In this document: in pieces, positions 49,401 through 60,067 of the stretch
How positions within the stretch are numbered: the first letter of the stretch is position 1
Layout of the letters: the number at the start of each line of letters is the position of its first letter
Origin: Isurus oxyrinchus
Lineage: Eukaryota
DNA: 64,000 nt
Assembly (NCBI GenBank): GCA_026770705.1
Contig: JANJGN010000010.1
Span: 39,928,001-39,992,000 of the forward strand
Direction: 5' to 3'
Notes under the pieces: model-generated
The model's database searches: none
What the model saw: the letters and a program-made list of their open reading frames with translations, nothing else
Told to the model about the DNA's origin: nothing
Translations under genes and position numbers: made by a program

Positions 49401-52400
49401 TCCTTGGTCATCTGAAACCTATACACCCCCTCGCCCACCCCGGCAGGACTGTCTATTCCCCCACATCCTCCTTCCCCAGTCTGGTCTCTTCTGGTAGAGG
49501 GCAGCCATGCCTGTGCCCCACACCAGTTCCTGCAGGTAGAGTGCAGCCCTGCCAGCACTCCCCACACTAGTCTTGCCTGAGAACAGCTTTGCCAGCGGTC
49601 AGGAGTCAGAGCAGCAGCAAGAGATGGCAGCAGTGGTGCAGCAGGCAGGCTTACAATGTTGTACGCACCTTGAAGTTGTGACTCAAGTGAAGGCGGGCAG
49701 GTGCACAGAGGGTGAATGTGATTCCGGTGAGTTGTGATTTTAATAAGTATTCATGATATGCTAATACATGCAAATTGGGCTCCGGACATGGATCAGCAGG
49801 AAAGTCGACCTGCCATTAGACTGCCATGAAAGTCCTGTGGGGAAAATTCATTCCAACTTATTTTCCCGCTGGCGGATATCCCACTTTTGGCCTCATGCCC
49901 AATTTTGCGTTTCTGCCCACCACGATTCCCACCTCTGGCGGGAGCGGAAAATTCCACCCAATCAGTGGAACAGCTGCCAGCTCTGCCCTGCTTCAGAATT
50001 CTTCAATAACCCCTTCAGCTGCCAACAAAAGGCCATTTTTAAAATTTACTTTTTTTTTAAACAACTTCCTATGAGGTTGGGAGGGACACAATGACATTCA
50101 AACTCTAACCACACCCAATGTTCAATGATTAACTCCAGCCTGGAGTCCAGAGTTCAGGCATTGTAGCTGCATGGCTGACCTTGACACTCCCTATTTGTTT
50201 GCACTTGGTTAAGACAAGATGTGGTATATAAACTATCCCTAAACTTGTTATATACAAAATAGGGGTCTGCATTTGGCTGATACCAATCCTCTGAAGAGCT
50301 GGGTGAGGAAAATAGAAAAATCGAGATTCAAATAAAGGGGAAAATACTAGAACAACAGAAAAATCAAAGGGTAATTTTTTTGACTTCAGTATGACATGTC
50401 CATACCAATAACAAATGCTACAAGGTGGACAAGACAAGGTTTATATCCTGATTTCAATCAAACCAATTCTCCTATAAATTAATTTCAACTATCCTGAATA
50501 TAGAACACAAAATATCAGCCTCATTTTTGAAAAGGATTTAAAAAAAAACATTCTATCTCAGCAGTGTTCTCTTGTGCTGGGAAGACCTATTAAAGTTAAA
50601 ATCTGCTGACAAATATATTGGATGCCTGCCCCATTCACACTGTTTGCAGGGTTGGAGAAAAACACTGTGCATCACAGTAGAAAACCAGAATATACCATGA
50701 GGCAAGTTCAATTGGTCACAGATCAGCTGCTTTCACAGCACCCACAGGAACAGTATAACTGGGGGCCTGAGAAGCTAATATAATGCCTGTGCCAAAAGCA
50801 GATGATTTGTAACTATAGATGTTATGTGTGAGAAAGGTAATGAGAGCTTCACTACTGTAAAGAAATAAATAACCATAACCTGTACTCTTCTCTAACCAGA
50901 TCTTACCTTCAACTGAGTCAGCATCCAGCATAAAATTGCGAAGAAGGGTTTTATGCTTCACCACACATCTATAGTTAGTGCCATCACCCAATGTTGGTTC
51001 AATTCTTATTTTACTGGAAACACTGAATGTTCCATCACTGTTTGTAACTAAGTCATCAGTGGACTGGCTTTGTGTAACGTATTCCATTTTTCCATTTGAT
51101 AATATGAACCAACTAATATTGAGCTGTTTAGGAAAAAATTCCTGAACATCACACACCAGAAAGTGCTCTGCACCATTTACAGTTGTAATTTCTTGTCTGG
51201 ACATGCTGACTTTTGGCTGGGCTGCGTAAAAGAGAACAGTTGTTAGTTGTAAGTTGTTAATACATCATCTATACATATCAAACTAGACTTTACTGATTCT
51301 TGCTCTGGGAAACTTGAAAAATCCATCCTAGCTGTGGTATCCAAAAATCTACTGCATTGTTGCCATTTTCTTGTGTTTTTTGTTAACTTGCAGGATGATC
51401 CTTGAATATGGAGGCTGATGTGGTGGATGATGAGGATGAGGGGAACCCTATCATGATTGTGGGAGGGAGAGGAAGGGGTAAGAGCAGAAGTGTGTGAAGA
51501 TCTGACACGTTTGAGGGTCCTGTCGAGCATGCTGTGTGGGGGTTGGGGAAGGAAAAAGGAAAATATATTGGAAATGCTAGTATGGCAGATTGCATCATCT
51601 GAACAGATGTGGCAGAGAAAATGGGAGAAAGGAATAGGGGCGTTACAGGAAGCAGGAGGTGAGGAAGTGTAGTTCAGATAATCCATTTCTACAATCTCCA
51701 GCATAATGCTATCAACAAACACATCTTCCCTAGCCCTCCCCTTTCAGCAGTCCAAAGGAATTGTTCCCTCTGTGACACCCTGATCTACTTGTCAGTCATC
51801 CCCACCACCCCATTTCTATGGCACCTTTCCCTGCTAGCACAGGAGATGCAACACCTGCCCTATTACCTCCTCCCTTCTCACCATCCAAGGCCTAAAACAC
51901 TCCTTCCAAGTGAAACAGTCATTTGCTAGTATTTCTTTCAATTTAGTATACTGTATTCACTGCTGACCATGTGGTCTCCTCTGCACTGGGGAGACTGAAC
52001 ACAGACTGGGTTAACACTTTGTGAAATACCTCTATTAAGTCTGCAAGCATGACCCTGACATTCCTGTCACTTATTTCAATTCTCCAGCTTGCTCTCACTC
52101 TAGGCTTTCTGCCTTTGGCCTGCTGTGGTGTCCTAATGAAACTCAATACAAGGAACAGCACTTCCTCTTTTGACTGGGCATTCGAAAGCCTCCTGGACTT
52201 AACATTGAGCTCAAACATTTTAGATCATAACCTCTGCCTCTATTTTTTTTCTTTATTTTTGCTGGTTCATTTTTTTTCATTTGTTTTTCCATTTGTTCAC
52301 TTTGCATTTGGACCACTGCTAGCTAACCATTCACACCTCACCTGAACACATTTTTTGTTTCTTTTTATTATCCATTACCACAAAAACTTTTGTCACTTAT

Positions 52401-55400
52401 TCTCTCGTACCCTCCATCCTATCACAGACCTTCACCTTTGTTCTTCCTCCACTTCCAACCTTTCGCTTGCTCAAAACCAATTATATTTCTACCTTTCTTC
52501 AGTTCTGATGAAAAGCCATCATTGACCTTAGATGAGTTTGGAGACAGGGGGTATTTAATCAGGTAGGAGTGCTTGATCGTGGGATCCGGCACTGGAAGGA
52601 TTGAGGGAACTGAGAGGGCTGAAAGTCACCCCAAGTTCTTGCCTCCAACCCATTCCCCCCCTTCTTCCTGACCTCTGCCCCACCCTGTAATCACTCACCT
52701 CTGGCCTGGGGTCCCTTGCTGATCCTGATCCTTGGGTGAGTGCATTCTTTGCAGTGCCACCACTCCTAGTGGTGCTGACAGCAATGGAGTGCTGCCAGCC
52801 TCTGATTAGTTGGCATCACTCGGAGGGTCGGATTGTTCTCCCCACCGGGGTCTTTAATCCAGAAGAAGTCCCAACACTGACTACTTAAGTGGTTTAGTTC
52901 TTAGAAGAGTCATACAGTCTCAAAACGTTAACTCTGTCTTTCTCTCCACAGATGCTGTCAGACCTGCTGAGTCTTTCCAGCAATTTTTGTTTCGGATTTC
53001 CAGCATCCGCAGTATTTTGCTTTTATTTTTACTTAAGTGCATGATGGGCACTTAATACTGGTGGGGACATTCACCAATGGAAGCAACACGAGGCTCCTGC
53101 CCATTCTCCAGCCAGCAACAGAGACTGCCTTAGCAAGGATTAGATTCCACCATTAACTCTATTTCTTCCATTAATGCTGACCTGCTCAATATTTCCAACT
53201 TTTTTTTTCTGTTTTTATTCCATTTGCCTTTTTCTGTTCCCATTCATAACATTTTAATTACCTTTTTACAGACACCTAAGACTCTTGGAACCTCCACTGT
53301 TTCAAGCTTTTCACCATTTAGAAAATAATCTGACCTCTCCTTTCGTAGGTCCAAAGTGAATGACCTCACATTTGCCTACATTGAAATCCAATTGCCACAG
53401 TTTTGCCCATTCACTTAATCTATTAATTTGATGCTTCAATCCAAACTGCTTACAATGGTACCTTTCTTTGTGTTGTCAGCAAACTTGGATATGTGGCTTT
53501 CTATTCTATCTTCATAGTCATTAATGTAGCAAATAGGTGAAATCCTGTGGAACACCACTCGTCACATTCTGCCAATTAGAGTACTTGCCCATTACTTACT
53601 CTCGCTGTCTCCTGGTACTCAGTCAATGTTTTCGCAAGGAATAATTTACCTTCAATTCCATGAGTTTCAACTTTAGCATTAATTTTGTTAAGTCCCTGTC
53701 CCTAATTCAGTATTTGTTTCCTCGGGATGTCTGACAGGCTATTGTCTTCCTCTACTACAAAGACTGTTGCAAAATAATTATTCAACATTTCCGCTATTTC
53801 ATTATTTTTATTTACAATATCACCATTATCAGTTTTCAAGTGTCAAATTGCTCTCGAGCACTTCTTTAATTGTTATTTTTTTTAATTCATTTTGATATCT
53901 CTTCCAAGTTTGTTTTCGTACTTCCTTCTTATAGTTCTTACTGTTGCTGTCCCACCCAATGTCAGTTAACTATGTGAAAACTGCAATCTTTGTGATTTTG
54001 TCACTAACTGGTAAGCTCACTGAATCAGGAGAGCCAGAAGTTTAATATTTGGAATATATAGTTATCTTATGTACATTGCAAAAAAATATTATTGCATATA
54101 GCAGTAAATGCCCTGTTTTGAGTGTAACAGATATTTTTATAGCATATCAGAAAATGATTTAGTCTCTCTTACCTGACACTTGCATCACTGAACTCTTTTC
54201 TTCTTTATGGGGAGTAACAAAAACAATGCAGGTGTATTTTCCTTCTTCGCTGAGTTGTACATTTGGAAGGTAAAGTGAAGCATTTCCTTTCCGTAAAGCC
54301 TCATCAAAGATCTTTGCTCCTTCTCTCTTTGGAGAATGTTCTCCTCCGTCAAATACATAAACGTCTTTCTGGTTTGATTGTGATGTCAAAACCCATCGAA
54401 CAGCTATGTGTGTGAGGTCAGATTCCGGTTTATTAAATTTACACATTAGAAGAGCATCTTGGTTTGCTGAAATTTCCAATGGTGAGGGGAATATCTCCAG
54501 TTCTAAAGTTTCTTTAAAATAATTTAAAGTTTTAAAACATTAATTGACATAAAGGTAAATAATATCACATATAGATGAGGAGCTATTGTTAGGATCTTGG
54601 TAGAGATCAGTAACTTTGTTTTAGAGAAAGAGGAAATCCAAAATCCCAGTTATTTGCTAACACTAAATACTATCTTAGGTCACCTGCTATACTCTCAAAC
54701 CTAGAATCAACATCAGTTAAACATGAATTAACAGGTCAATTACAATTGATTATAATTTATAAATTACACATTACATGGCAAATAGAACTAAGACAGATCT
54801 TAGGAACTGGTGTGGCAGCCCATTCAGCATGTAAGACATCACTCTTAGTCACAAAGTAATAAGGAAGGATACATTTGAATTGGAGGCAGAGAGCAAAGTC
54901 TCACTAGATCTATCCCTGGGGTGTCCTGTGATGAGAGGATTAGTAAATTGGGTTTATATTCTCAGGAGTTTAGAAGAATCAGAAGTAATCTATTGCATCA
55001 TCTTGCAATAAAGGCCAACATGCCATTTGCTTTCCTAATTGCTTGTTGTACCTGCATGCTAACTTTCAGTATTCCTTGTATGAATGCAGCCAAGTCCCTA
55101 TCTACATCAACATTTACAAGTTTCTCACCTTTTAAAAAATATTCTGCTTTTTTATTTTTATAACCAAAGTGAATAACCTCACACAACCTGATATTATACT
55201 CCATCTCCCATCTCAGTGCCCACTCACTTAACCTATCTATCTCACTTTGCAGTCTCTTTCTGTTCTCCTCACAGCTTCATATTTCCACCTAGCTTTGTAT
55301 CATCAGCAAACTTAAATGTTACTCTCTGTCTCTTTTTCTTAGTCATTAATATAGATTGTAAATAACTGAGGGTCCAGCATTGATCTTTGTGGCACTCCAC

Positions 55401-58400
55401 TTGCCAACTTGAAAATACCTTACTATCCCTATTCTTTGCTTCCGATCCGTTAACTAATCCTATATCCATGCTATTACCCCCAACTCCACGAGTCCTTGTC
55501 TTGCTTATTAAGCTTTTGTGTGTCACTTAATTGAATGACTTTTCGAAATCCAAGTACACTACATCTACTGGTTCCTTTTTATCTAACCTATTAGTTACGT
55601 CCTTAAAAAATGCTAATAAATTTGTCAAACCTGACTTCTCTTTCATAAATGTTGACTTTTTTAAATGCATTGCTAAGACTTCCCTAATCATAGAATCCAG
55701 CCCTATCCTGATAACTGATGTCAGACTAATTGGCCTGTACTACCCTGTTTTCTCTCTCCCTCCTTTGCTGTTACATTTGCTAACTTACAATCTGCTGGGA
55801 TCATTGCAGAATCTCGAGAGTTTGGAAAATCATGAACGGGTAAAGATCTAGCAACTGGAGTATAATGTGGGCAAATGTGAAATTGTCTATTTTGGCAGGA
55901 AGAATAAAAAAAGCATATTATCTAAATGGTGAGAGACTGCAGTGTTCTGAGATTCACAGGGATCTGGGAGTTCTAGTGTATGAATCACAAAAGGCTGGTA
56001 TGCAGATACAGCAAGTAATTAGGAAAACTAGTAGAATGTTATCATTTATTACGAGGGGAATTGAATGCAAAAGTAGGGAGCTTATGTTTCAGTTGTACAG
56101 GCACTGGTGAGACCACATATGGAGCATTGAGTACAGTACTGGTCTCCTTATTTAAGGAAAGATGTAAAAGTGTTAGAAGCAGTTCAGAGAAAGTTTACTA
56201 AACTATTCCAGGAATGGGTGGGTTGTCTTATGAGGAAAGATTGGACAGGTTAGGCTTGTATCCACTGGAGTTTAGAAGAGTAAGAGGTGACTTGATCAAA
56301 ACGATTAAGATCCTAAGGATACAGACTGCATGTGGAGAGGATGTTTCCTCTTGTGGAAGAATCTAAAACTAGGGGTCACAGTTTAAAAATAAGGAGCTAC
56401 TGATTTAAAACAGTTGAGGATAATTTTTTTCTCTGAGGGTTGAGAGTCTTTGGAACTTTTCCTCAGAAGGTAGTGGAGACAGGGTCGTTGAATATTTTTA
56501 TGGCAGAGCTAGATAGATTCTTCATTAACAAGGGGATGAAAGGTTACAATCAGATTAGCCATGATCTTATTCAGTAGCGTAGCAGGCTTGAGGGGTGAGT
56601 GGCCTACCCCTGCTTTATGTTCATATGTTTCTCTGTGGCTATCTCTTTTAGAACCCAAGGACATATGTCACCAGGTAATGGGGATTTGTCAAATTTTAGT
56701 CTTGCATGCTTCTTTAGTACTTTTTCTCTGCTGACATTAATTATCTTAATTTCCTCACTCTTTTTAGTCCCTAGGTCATCCTTTCTTTCTGGCACGTAAA
56801 TTGTGTTTTCTACTGTGAATGCCGATATTAACTATTGACCAATGCCCCTGCCATTTCCTCATCCCTGAGATAAGTTCTCCTGTCTCTGCTTCTAAGGGGC
56901 TAATGTTAACTTTAGCCACTCTTCCTTTTTATATATGTATAAAAGTTCTTCCAATCTGTCTTTACATTTCTGGCTAGTTTATACTTATTACTTCTCCCTG
57001 CTGCTTTCTAAAACACCCCAAATTTTCATTCTTTGTAAGATTATAAGCCTCTTATTCTAATCTAATACTCTGCTTAACCTTCTTAGTAAATCACAGATGG
57101 ATCTTTCTTGCGGAGTTTTTGTTTTTCAAGCAAATTTTTTTAACCTTTTGAATTGTTTCTTTAAATGTTTCCAATCGTTTATTTACCATCATATCTTTTG
57201 GTCTATTTATCCAATCAACCTCATTCCTATGAACTAGCTTTACGATTCTTATTTGGGGCTCGAATGTCAATCTCAAATTTTATATAGAATTCAATTGTAT
57301 AATCTTTTACTACAAAGTTACTAATTAACCCAGCTTCATTACAGGACTAGATACAACTTAACAATCGTTTCATCACCAAAAGTAAGTGTAGGGCTGCACC
57401 AGGTTACCACTCTTAAATACATTAGGGAATACATTTAAATGGAAAATGAAAAAACAAACAATTATGATCTATTAGGATGCCCAATTATGCTGGTTGCAGA
57501 TGAATTTTAGCAGAAACTTGAAGCCTAACCAAAGAAGTGCAATTTCAAGTGTATTTTGGGTGTAACATCTTTGATTGTGACCAAAGCAGACGCCACTGCA
57601 CTTAATTTTACAAAGGTAAGTTTGGCCTAGGTTTTGCAGTAGTGATGATGCCAAAACTGTCAACATTCACCAACACTGAAATTGATAGCAACTTCTGAGG
57701 TCCACACATGTGCAGTTAAGTGCAAAAATCCAGAAGTTGCTGTCAATGCTCCCAACAGACTGAAATCATTGAACTGGCGAAAACTTGCCCTTTTGCTCTA
57801 TTAGGCTCACCATTAAAACGCTTTGCCATTGAATAAGATGCAGCTGGGTTTTTAACAGCATACTAAGTTCATAACTACTGCTGAACAGCCTCATTGTCAC
57901 TAAAAAGACTAATTTTGTATTAGTAAAATGTCAAATTTATCTACTATAATTGCCCGGATTATGTGGTCAATGGTAAAGCAAGGATGCCATTGACTTCAAG
58001 AGGCCGTCCGCAAAGATCGAGCCCTCTTTGTAGTGCAGGCTTCCCTCTTCTGATGACAGTTTAAATCTGACACCACGTTAAGGGAATCTCCAGGCACCCA
58101 AAAACAGTGATGCCATCAAGGAGGGTAAGTAGCCAATCACCTTGAAATATTTTCACAAATTGCAACCCAGGCAGTAAAAGTCACTGAATCCTTTCACTTT
58201 TTAATTTTTTTTAATTTTACTGTTAAAAATAAATGATTATGACACACAGATGCGATTAAAGTAAAAAAAAATATTATAAACATACTTTAAAATATCATTA
58301 AAATATATGGAATTTCTTATCTCAACGGAGAAATTTCAACAAATTCAACAAATAAAACATTATTGTTTTAAGACCAGGGAGGTTTTTTTTAGCAGTAATT

Positions 58401-59989
58401 ATGAACGTGGTACGGCATTAAAAGCTCAGTCAAGGTGTAACTTTTTCTATGGTTCTTACAGCAAGAGTTGAAGATCTTGTCGGTTCAATGATTTTCCTAT
58501 TGATTGCACTCCTGGGGAACCTCGACAGTGCATCGTCACGAGAAGCGCAAAATCACTCGTTTTCCATGTTTAACTGTGCATGTGAAGGCTCCAAAAAGTT
58601 TCTGTAACTTTCGGGGAAGTATTTATGGTGAACGCTTACAGTTTCACCGTAAGTACTATCGCCCATTGAACGACATTAAAAACTTAGCACAGCAACTTCA
58701 TGATTGAAAGAGTACTCATAATGGCAATAACCTTTACGTTTTTAAAAACATTCTCAATTAAGAGTAAAATGGCAAAATATACATAAAAGTATGAGTTTAG
58801 ATGGGCAAAATTCTTAAGTATCAAAAATGTAAATTAAATATGATTCTGTACTATTATATCATATTATAAGTGGTTTGTGACTTGTGCGCAATCCAGACTA
58901 AACTCCAACATTAAGTGATTTTCTTGCTAACAATGCAGTTACAGATGGTGCTTTCCTCAACAGAAACAAGAGAAGCTGAGAGCAAAAACAAAAACAAAAA
59001 TACCTGGAAAAACTCAGCTGGTCTGGCAGCATCGGCGGAGAGATGCTGCCAGACCTGCTGAGCTTTTCCAGGTATTTTTGTTTTTGTTTTCGAGTTCCAG
59101 CATCCGCAGATTTTTGCTTTTAAACTGAGAGTAAATTCGTTTTACTGAAATCAGACGGGAGGGGCGGTAAAGAGCAGAATGCCGACAGAAATCGTAATAA
59201 TTTTAGCTTCATTTCTTTAAAAAAAATCAACAGAAAATGTTCAAACTTTTGTAATTGTGCTTTCGACTTATAAAAAGAAAAAAATCAGGTCAGTAATATT
59301 CATTGGACGAAGAAACAGGCAAAATGAGAGCACACAACGATAAAATCTGGACGTGCCAACATTTTAATACCACCTCTGAAAACCTGTAGTTCATCAGTGT
59401 CTCCGAATTATTGGCTGTTTTACTTTCATCATTACACGGCTATTTATTAATATTAAGGAGAAAAATCACTTAAGAATCCGAATACCGCATTTACCCTGGA
59501 AAAAGTCAGCAGGTCTGGCATCATCGGTGGAGAAGAGCATAGTTGGCGTTTCGAGTCCTCATGACCTTACAACAGAAGGATTCTGTTCTCCACTCTTCTC
59601 CACCGATGCTGCCAGACCTGCTGAGTTTTTCCTAGTATTTGTTTTTATTTTTGTTTTGGATTTCCAGCATCCGCAGTTCTTTGCTTTTACCGCATTTACC
59701 CTTTCGCATTTGGGGATCAAATAAAAATCATGATTACAAGTACCATTACTGAAAACGCTTCGATAAATCACCGTTAAAAGATAAATCCATGCAGCACAAC
59801 AGGGGGATTAAACGTTTTGTGCGGGGTCGGAAAATTGCCTGAAGCAAACTAAAGGTCGAATCTATAATCCAGAACCTAATGGGTGACACGCTGTTTGTTT
59901 AGGGTTTCCACGCACAACCAAGAACCGCTTATCTTACCGGTTAATGAAATGGAAGACACGATGATAACACACAAAGCTAAGATCCCCAT
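4348..59989 (-). CDS. NCR3LG1: B7-H6/NCR3LG1-like type I membrane protein gene (SP-IgV-IgC1-TM plus expanded cytoplasmic exon array); 3' end not resolved in the window
   Basis: Exons 59938-59989, 54173-54511, 50907-51221, 45741-45839, 42226-42303, 39270-39692 and 38454-38528 join in one open frame with GT-AG phase-1 junctions. Further paralogous exons lie at 25882-25959, 18219-18296, 10998-11420 and 4348-4425. The IgV motif GNASLYLPNVQLSEEGKYTCIVFVTPHK resembles B7-H6 ([28 protein letters not shown]), and it is followed by a C1-set domain. Orthologue versus paralogue cannot be decided here. Confidence 0.8.
5114..7383 (+). mobile_element. Harbinger-type element with Myb/SANT-like gene remnant, right end deleted
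   Basis: Left TIR ggggcagaatttt. ORF 5232-5651 APCFS..RRMPP..RCTWVQWCKCFNDL. Abuts the truncated Ig-like exon. Confidence 0.75.
7384..7715 (-). pseudogene. Second frameshifted, truncated copy of the cytoplasmic Ig-like exon
   Basis: ORF 7459-7761. Same lesions as 21282-21613 (tandem duplicate). Confidence 0.8.
8080..9930 (+). mobile_element. Decayed CR1 LINE fragment (duplicate at 21980-23830)
   Basis: ORF 9255-9518 GEDFLKHVQENFL..PIRNEALLDLMLGN (endonuclease region) and ORF 9714-9947. Confidence 0.8.
10998..11420 (-). CDS. Cytoplasmic Ig-like exon cIg2 (141 aa, intact)
   Basis: Within ORF 10912-11439. 423 nt, same splice sites as cIg1, 33 of 141 residues differ by manual count. Confidence 0.75.
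13156..15320. mobile_element. Solo LTR (TG...CA, ~1.36 kb net) inserted in a LINE and carrying a nested CR1 fragment; partial duplicate at 1-1449
   Basis: Ends tgtta / taaca with flanks tttg / cttg (4-bp TSD, one mismatch). The interrupted LINE is contiguous across it. Confidence 0.7.
14021..14822 (-). mobile_element. CR1 LINE 3' fragment nested in the LTR
   Basis: ORFs 14540-14803 (IHFGRSN..LVRPQLEYCVQF) and 14101-14292 (FFTHRVVTVWNALP) are the CR1 ORF2 C-terminus. Confidence 0.9.
18219..18296 (-). CDS. Cytoplasmic spacer exon S4 (same peptide as S3)
   Basis: 78-nt duplicate of S3 with intact splice sites. Confidence 0.6.
18985..21281 (+). mobile_element. Duplicate of the Harbinger-type element at 5114-7383
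   Basis: ORFs 19103-19477 (APCFSDECLSALLEEV) and 19359-19550. Confidence 0.75.
21282..21613 (-). pseudogene. Frameshifted, 3'-truncated copy of the cytoplasmic Ig-like exon (possible terminating exon)
   Basis: ORF 21357-21659. Acceptor intact. A 2-nt deletion after GPK gives TGA at 21357. Homology stops after CPDVSK and the donor is lost. Confidence 0.8.
24400..28308 (+). repeat. Third partial copy of the unit (matches about 2860-7185), more diverged
   Basis: ORFs 24579, 25083 and 26234 parallel 3039, 3544 and 4700. Confidence 0.9.
25882..25959 (-). CDS. Cytoplasmic spacer exon S3 (GQQKPKENEGDTERILPENKTAPSER)
   Basis: 78 nt, tttaag acceptor, AG|GTAAAC donor, open frame. Confidence 0.65.
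26635..28444 (+). mobile_element. Chimeric Harbinger-type element (left part as 5114; right end from the 40082 MITE)
   Basis: ORF 26755-27069 APCFLDKCLSAFLEEV. Switches at about 28305 (gcac) to sequence matching 40650-40789. Confidence 0.7.
28622..28900 (+). mobile_element. tRNA-headed Deu-domain SINE (SacSINE1/AmnSINE-like); copy at 40971-41250, remnant at 11960-12060
   Basis: A/B-box-like head (tggcttagctggt..ggttcgagc) and Deu-like core caggtggatgtaaaagatccc, recognised from memory. Confidence 0.55.
28925..29440 (+). mobile_element. Possible non-autonomous Helentron-type (HINE/DINE-like) element; copy at 41275-41785
   Basis: ggaggtaatgtttt start, gtttgt/gtctgt microsatellite, gatctggattcagatc hairpin and 3' ttggagggg..gctct/gagt hairpin resemble fish HINE layout. 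Confidence 0.4.
29791..29810 (-). pseudogene. Remnant of a deleted spacer exon (donor site and last ~5 nt only)
   Basis: Aligns to 42215-42335 with about 95 bp missing (exon body and acceptor). Confidence 0.7.
31433..35939. mobile_element. Penelope-like retroelement (RT plus GIY-YIG), two 5'-truncated arms in head-to-head inverted orientation
   Basis: RT motifs MDVQSLYTSIP, GVAMG-MGPSYA and RYIDD (32434-33312 minus; 34107-34688 plus). GIY-YIG NLVYCIHC..LYIGET (31947-33131 minus). 9-bp flanking duplication ataaaggaa. Confidence 0.95.
35853..35891 (+). ncRNA. Minimal type I hammerhead-like motif in the Penelope 3' terminal region (variant core CUGUCGA); mirror copy at 31527-31565 on minus
   Basis: agtt-CTGTCGA-a-gggtc-atgag-gactc-GAAA-cGTC-aact: stem I, core, stem II and palindromic ACGT stem III. 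Penelope elements are known to carry minimal hammerheads. Confidence 0.55.
37960..38182. mobile_element. Short palindromic Penelope-tail element
   Basis: gcaaatgctggaaa...gcagcatctgtg / cacagatgctgcc...tttccagcattt inverted arms, homologous to the Penelope 3' end. Confidence 0.7.
38454..38528 (-). CDS. Cytoplasmic spacer exon S2 (GQQKSKESEDDTGGAVLEMIPHNKR)
   Basis: 75 nt, ttcag acceptor, AG|GTAAA donor. Homologous to S1, including the downstream intron. Confidence 0.7.
39270..39692 (-). CDS. Cytoplasmic Ig-like exon cIg1 (141 aa, degenerate C1-like fold lacking the canonical Cys pair)
   Basis: Within ORF 39196-39738. Polypyrimidine tract plus ctag acceptor, CAG|GTAAT donor, 423 nt open. Motifs PSISDI, GEETNLxW, FSP, SDG, DDGAELxVEVKQ and STVLKV align to C1-set strands. 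Confidence 0.8.
40082..40789. mobile_element. Harbinger-type MITE (~710 bp)
   Basis: Ends ggggagaattt / aatatcctggcc with a 3-bp aca duplication. A homologous empty site is present at about 11760-11780. Confidence 0.7.
42226..42303 (-). CDS. Cytoplasmic spacer exon S1 (RQSKAKEIEDDTGRALIEKQSSQSPR)
   Basis: 78 nt, tttaag acceptor, AG|GTAAA donor, open frame, phase 1/1. Paralogous to S2-S5. Confidence 0.75.
42350..45490 (+). mobile_element. Decayed, internally deleted CR1 LINE including ORF1 esterase-like region
   Basis: VRDSIIKGTD..CCL..AGVRDIS (SGNH-like ORF1), endonuclease remnants (ALLDLMLGNE) and CR1 3' tail. Paralogous copies at 29825-37385, 8080-9930 and 21980-23830. Confidence 0.8.
45741..45839 (-). 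CDS. NCR3LG1: Exon 4, transmembrane segment (EQIPIGPIIGSICGFVVLCAVCLGYYFWNKKHK)
   Basis: Overlaps ORF 45700-45915. About 23 hydrophobic residues followed by a basic stop-transfer KKHK. Acceptor taacag, donor A|GTAAG, 99 nt. Confidence 0.9.
46122..49959 (+). mobile_element. PIF/Harbinger-type DNA transposon with a decayed spliced Myb/SANT-like gene
   Basis: TIRs gggcagaattttc / gaaaattccaccc and 3-bp TSD AAT. ORF 47556-47876 has Myb/SANT-like FSHDSL..VCERHDVLF..WEE..RKRMN. Confidence 0.8.
46150..47356 (-). mobile_element. Nested non-autonomous Harbinger-type element (Myb/SANT remnant)
   Basis: TIRs gggtggaatt / gattctgccc, TSD TAA (46147-46149, 47357-47359). ORFs 46885-47283 and 46543-46872 (AWEVV..RKRMNDL). 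Confidence 0.8.
50907..51221 (-). CDS. NCR3LG1: Exon 3, IgC1 domain (AQPKVSMS...LVCDVQEFFPKQLNISW...NSDGTFSVSS...YRCVVKHKTL...DSVE)
   Basis: Overlaps ORF 50716-51204. C1-set hallmarks CxxxxFFP, W, NxDGTF and YxCxVxH. Acceptor cgcag, donor G|GTAAG, 315 nt. Confidence 0.93.
51330..52528. mobile_element. Older degenerate Penelope-like element with an inverted 5' part
   Basis: Minus-strand ORF 51243-51722 (YLNYTSSPPASC..IPFSHFL..ICSDD), followed by plus-strand GIY-YIG-region homology and tail agttctgatgaa. Confidence 0.75.
53270..57350. mobile_element. Cluster of nested CR1 fragments on both strands flanking the IgV exon (53270-53960; 54845-57350)
   Basis: ORFs 54998-55204 (CEVIHFG..KANGMLAFIAR), 55269-55526 (KFADDTKLGG) and 55865-56110. 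Confidence 0.8.
54173..54511 (-). CDS. NCR3LG1: Exon 2, IgV domain (ETLELEIFPSPLEISANQDALLMCKF...VRW...GNASLYLPNVQLSEEGKYTCIVFVTPHKEEKSSVMQVS)
   Basis: Overlaps ORF 54159-54479. Canonical V-set Cys, Trp and ExGxYxC. Acceptor taaag, donor G|GTAAG, 339 nt. Confidence 0.93.
58983..59122. mobile_element. Mini fold-back Penelope-tail element
   Basis: aaaaatacctggaaaaactcagc..ggcagcatc / gatgctgcc..tttccaggtattttt arms, flanked by ctgagag repeats. Confidence 0.7.
59498..59687. mobile_element. Mini fold-back Penelope-tail element with a 15-bp target duplication
   Basis: Inverted arms. taccgcatttaccct at 59483-59497 and 59688-59702. Confidence 0.75.
59938..59989 (-). CDS. NCR3LG1: Exon 1, signal peptide MGILALCVIIVSSISLT
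   Basis: ATG at 59989, hydrophobic 17-aa leader and phase-1 donor G|GTAAG. Splices in frame to the IgV exon. Confidence 0.85.
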
Positions 59990-60067
59990 CTTTCAACTGG
60001 AAAATACAACCTTTTTATCCCGGGAATAGATTCTTGAAGGTCACTTCCAAACTATTTGAATGGTGTA

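Noticed and set aside
50907-54511. Tapasin, SIRP, MHC or antigen-receptor gene
   Set aside because: The leader splices directly to one V and one C1 exon, with no tapasin N-domain, no peptide-binding domains and no RSS or J segments seen. The VTPxK F-G motif fits B7-H6.
60017-60038. GAS/STAT site
   Set aside because: atcccgggaa and ttcttgaa do not match TTCN3GAA exactly, so the evidence is too weak.
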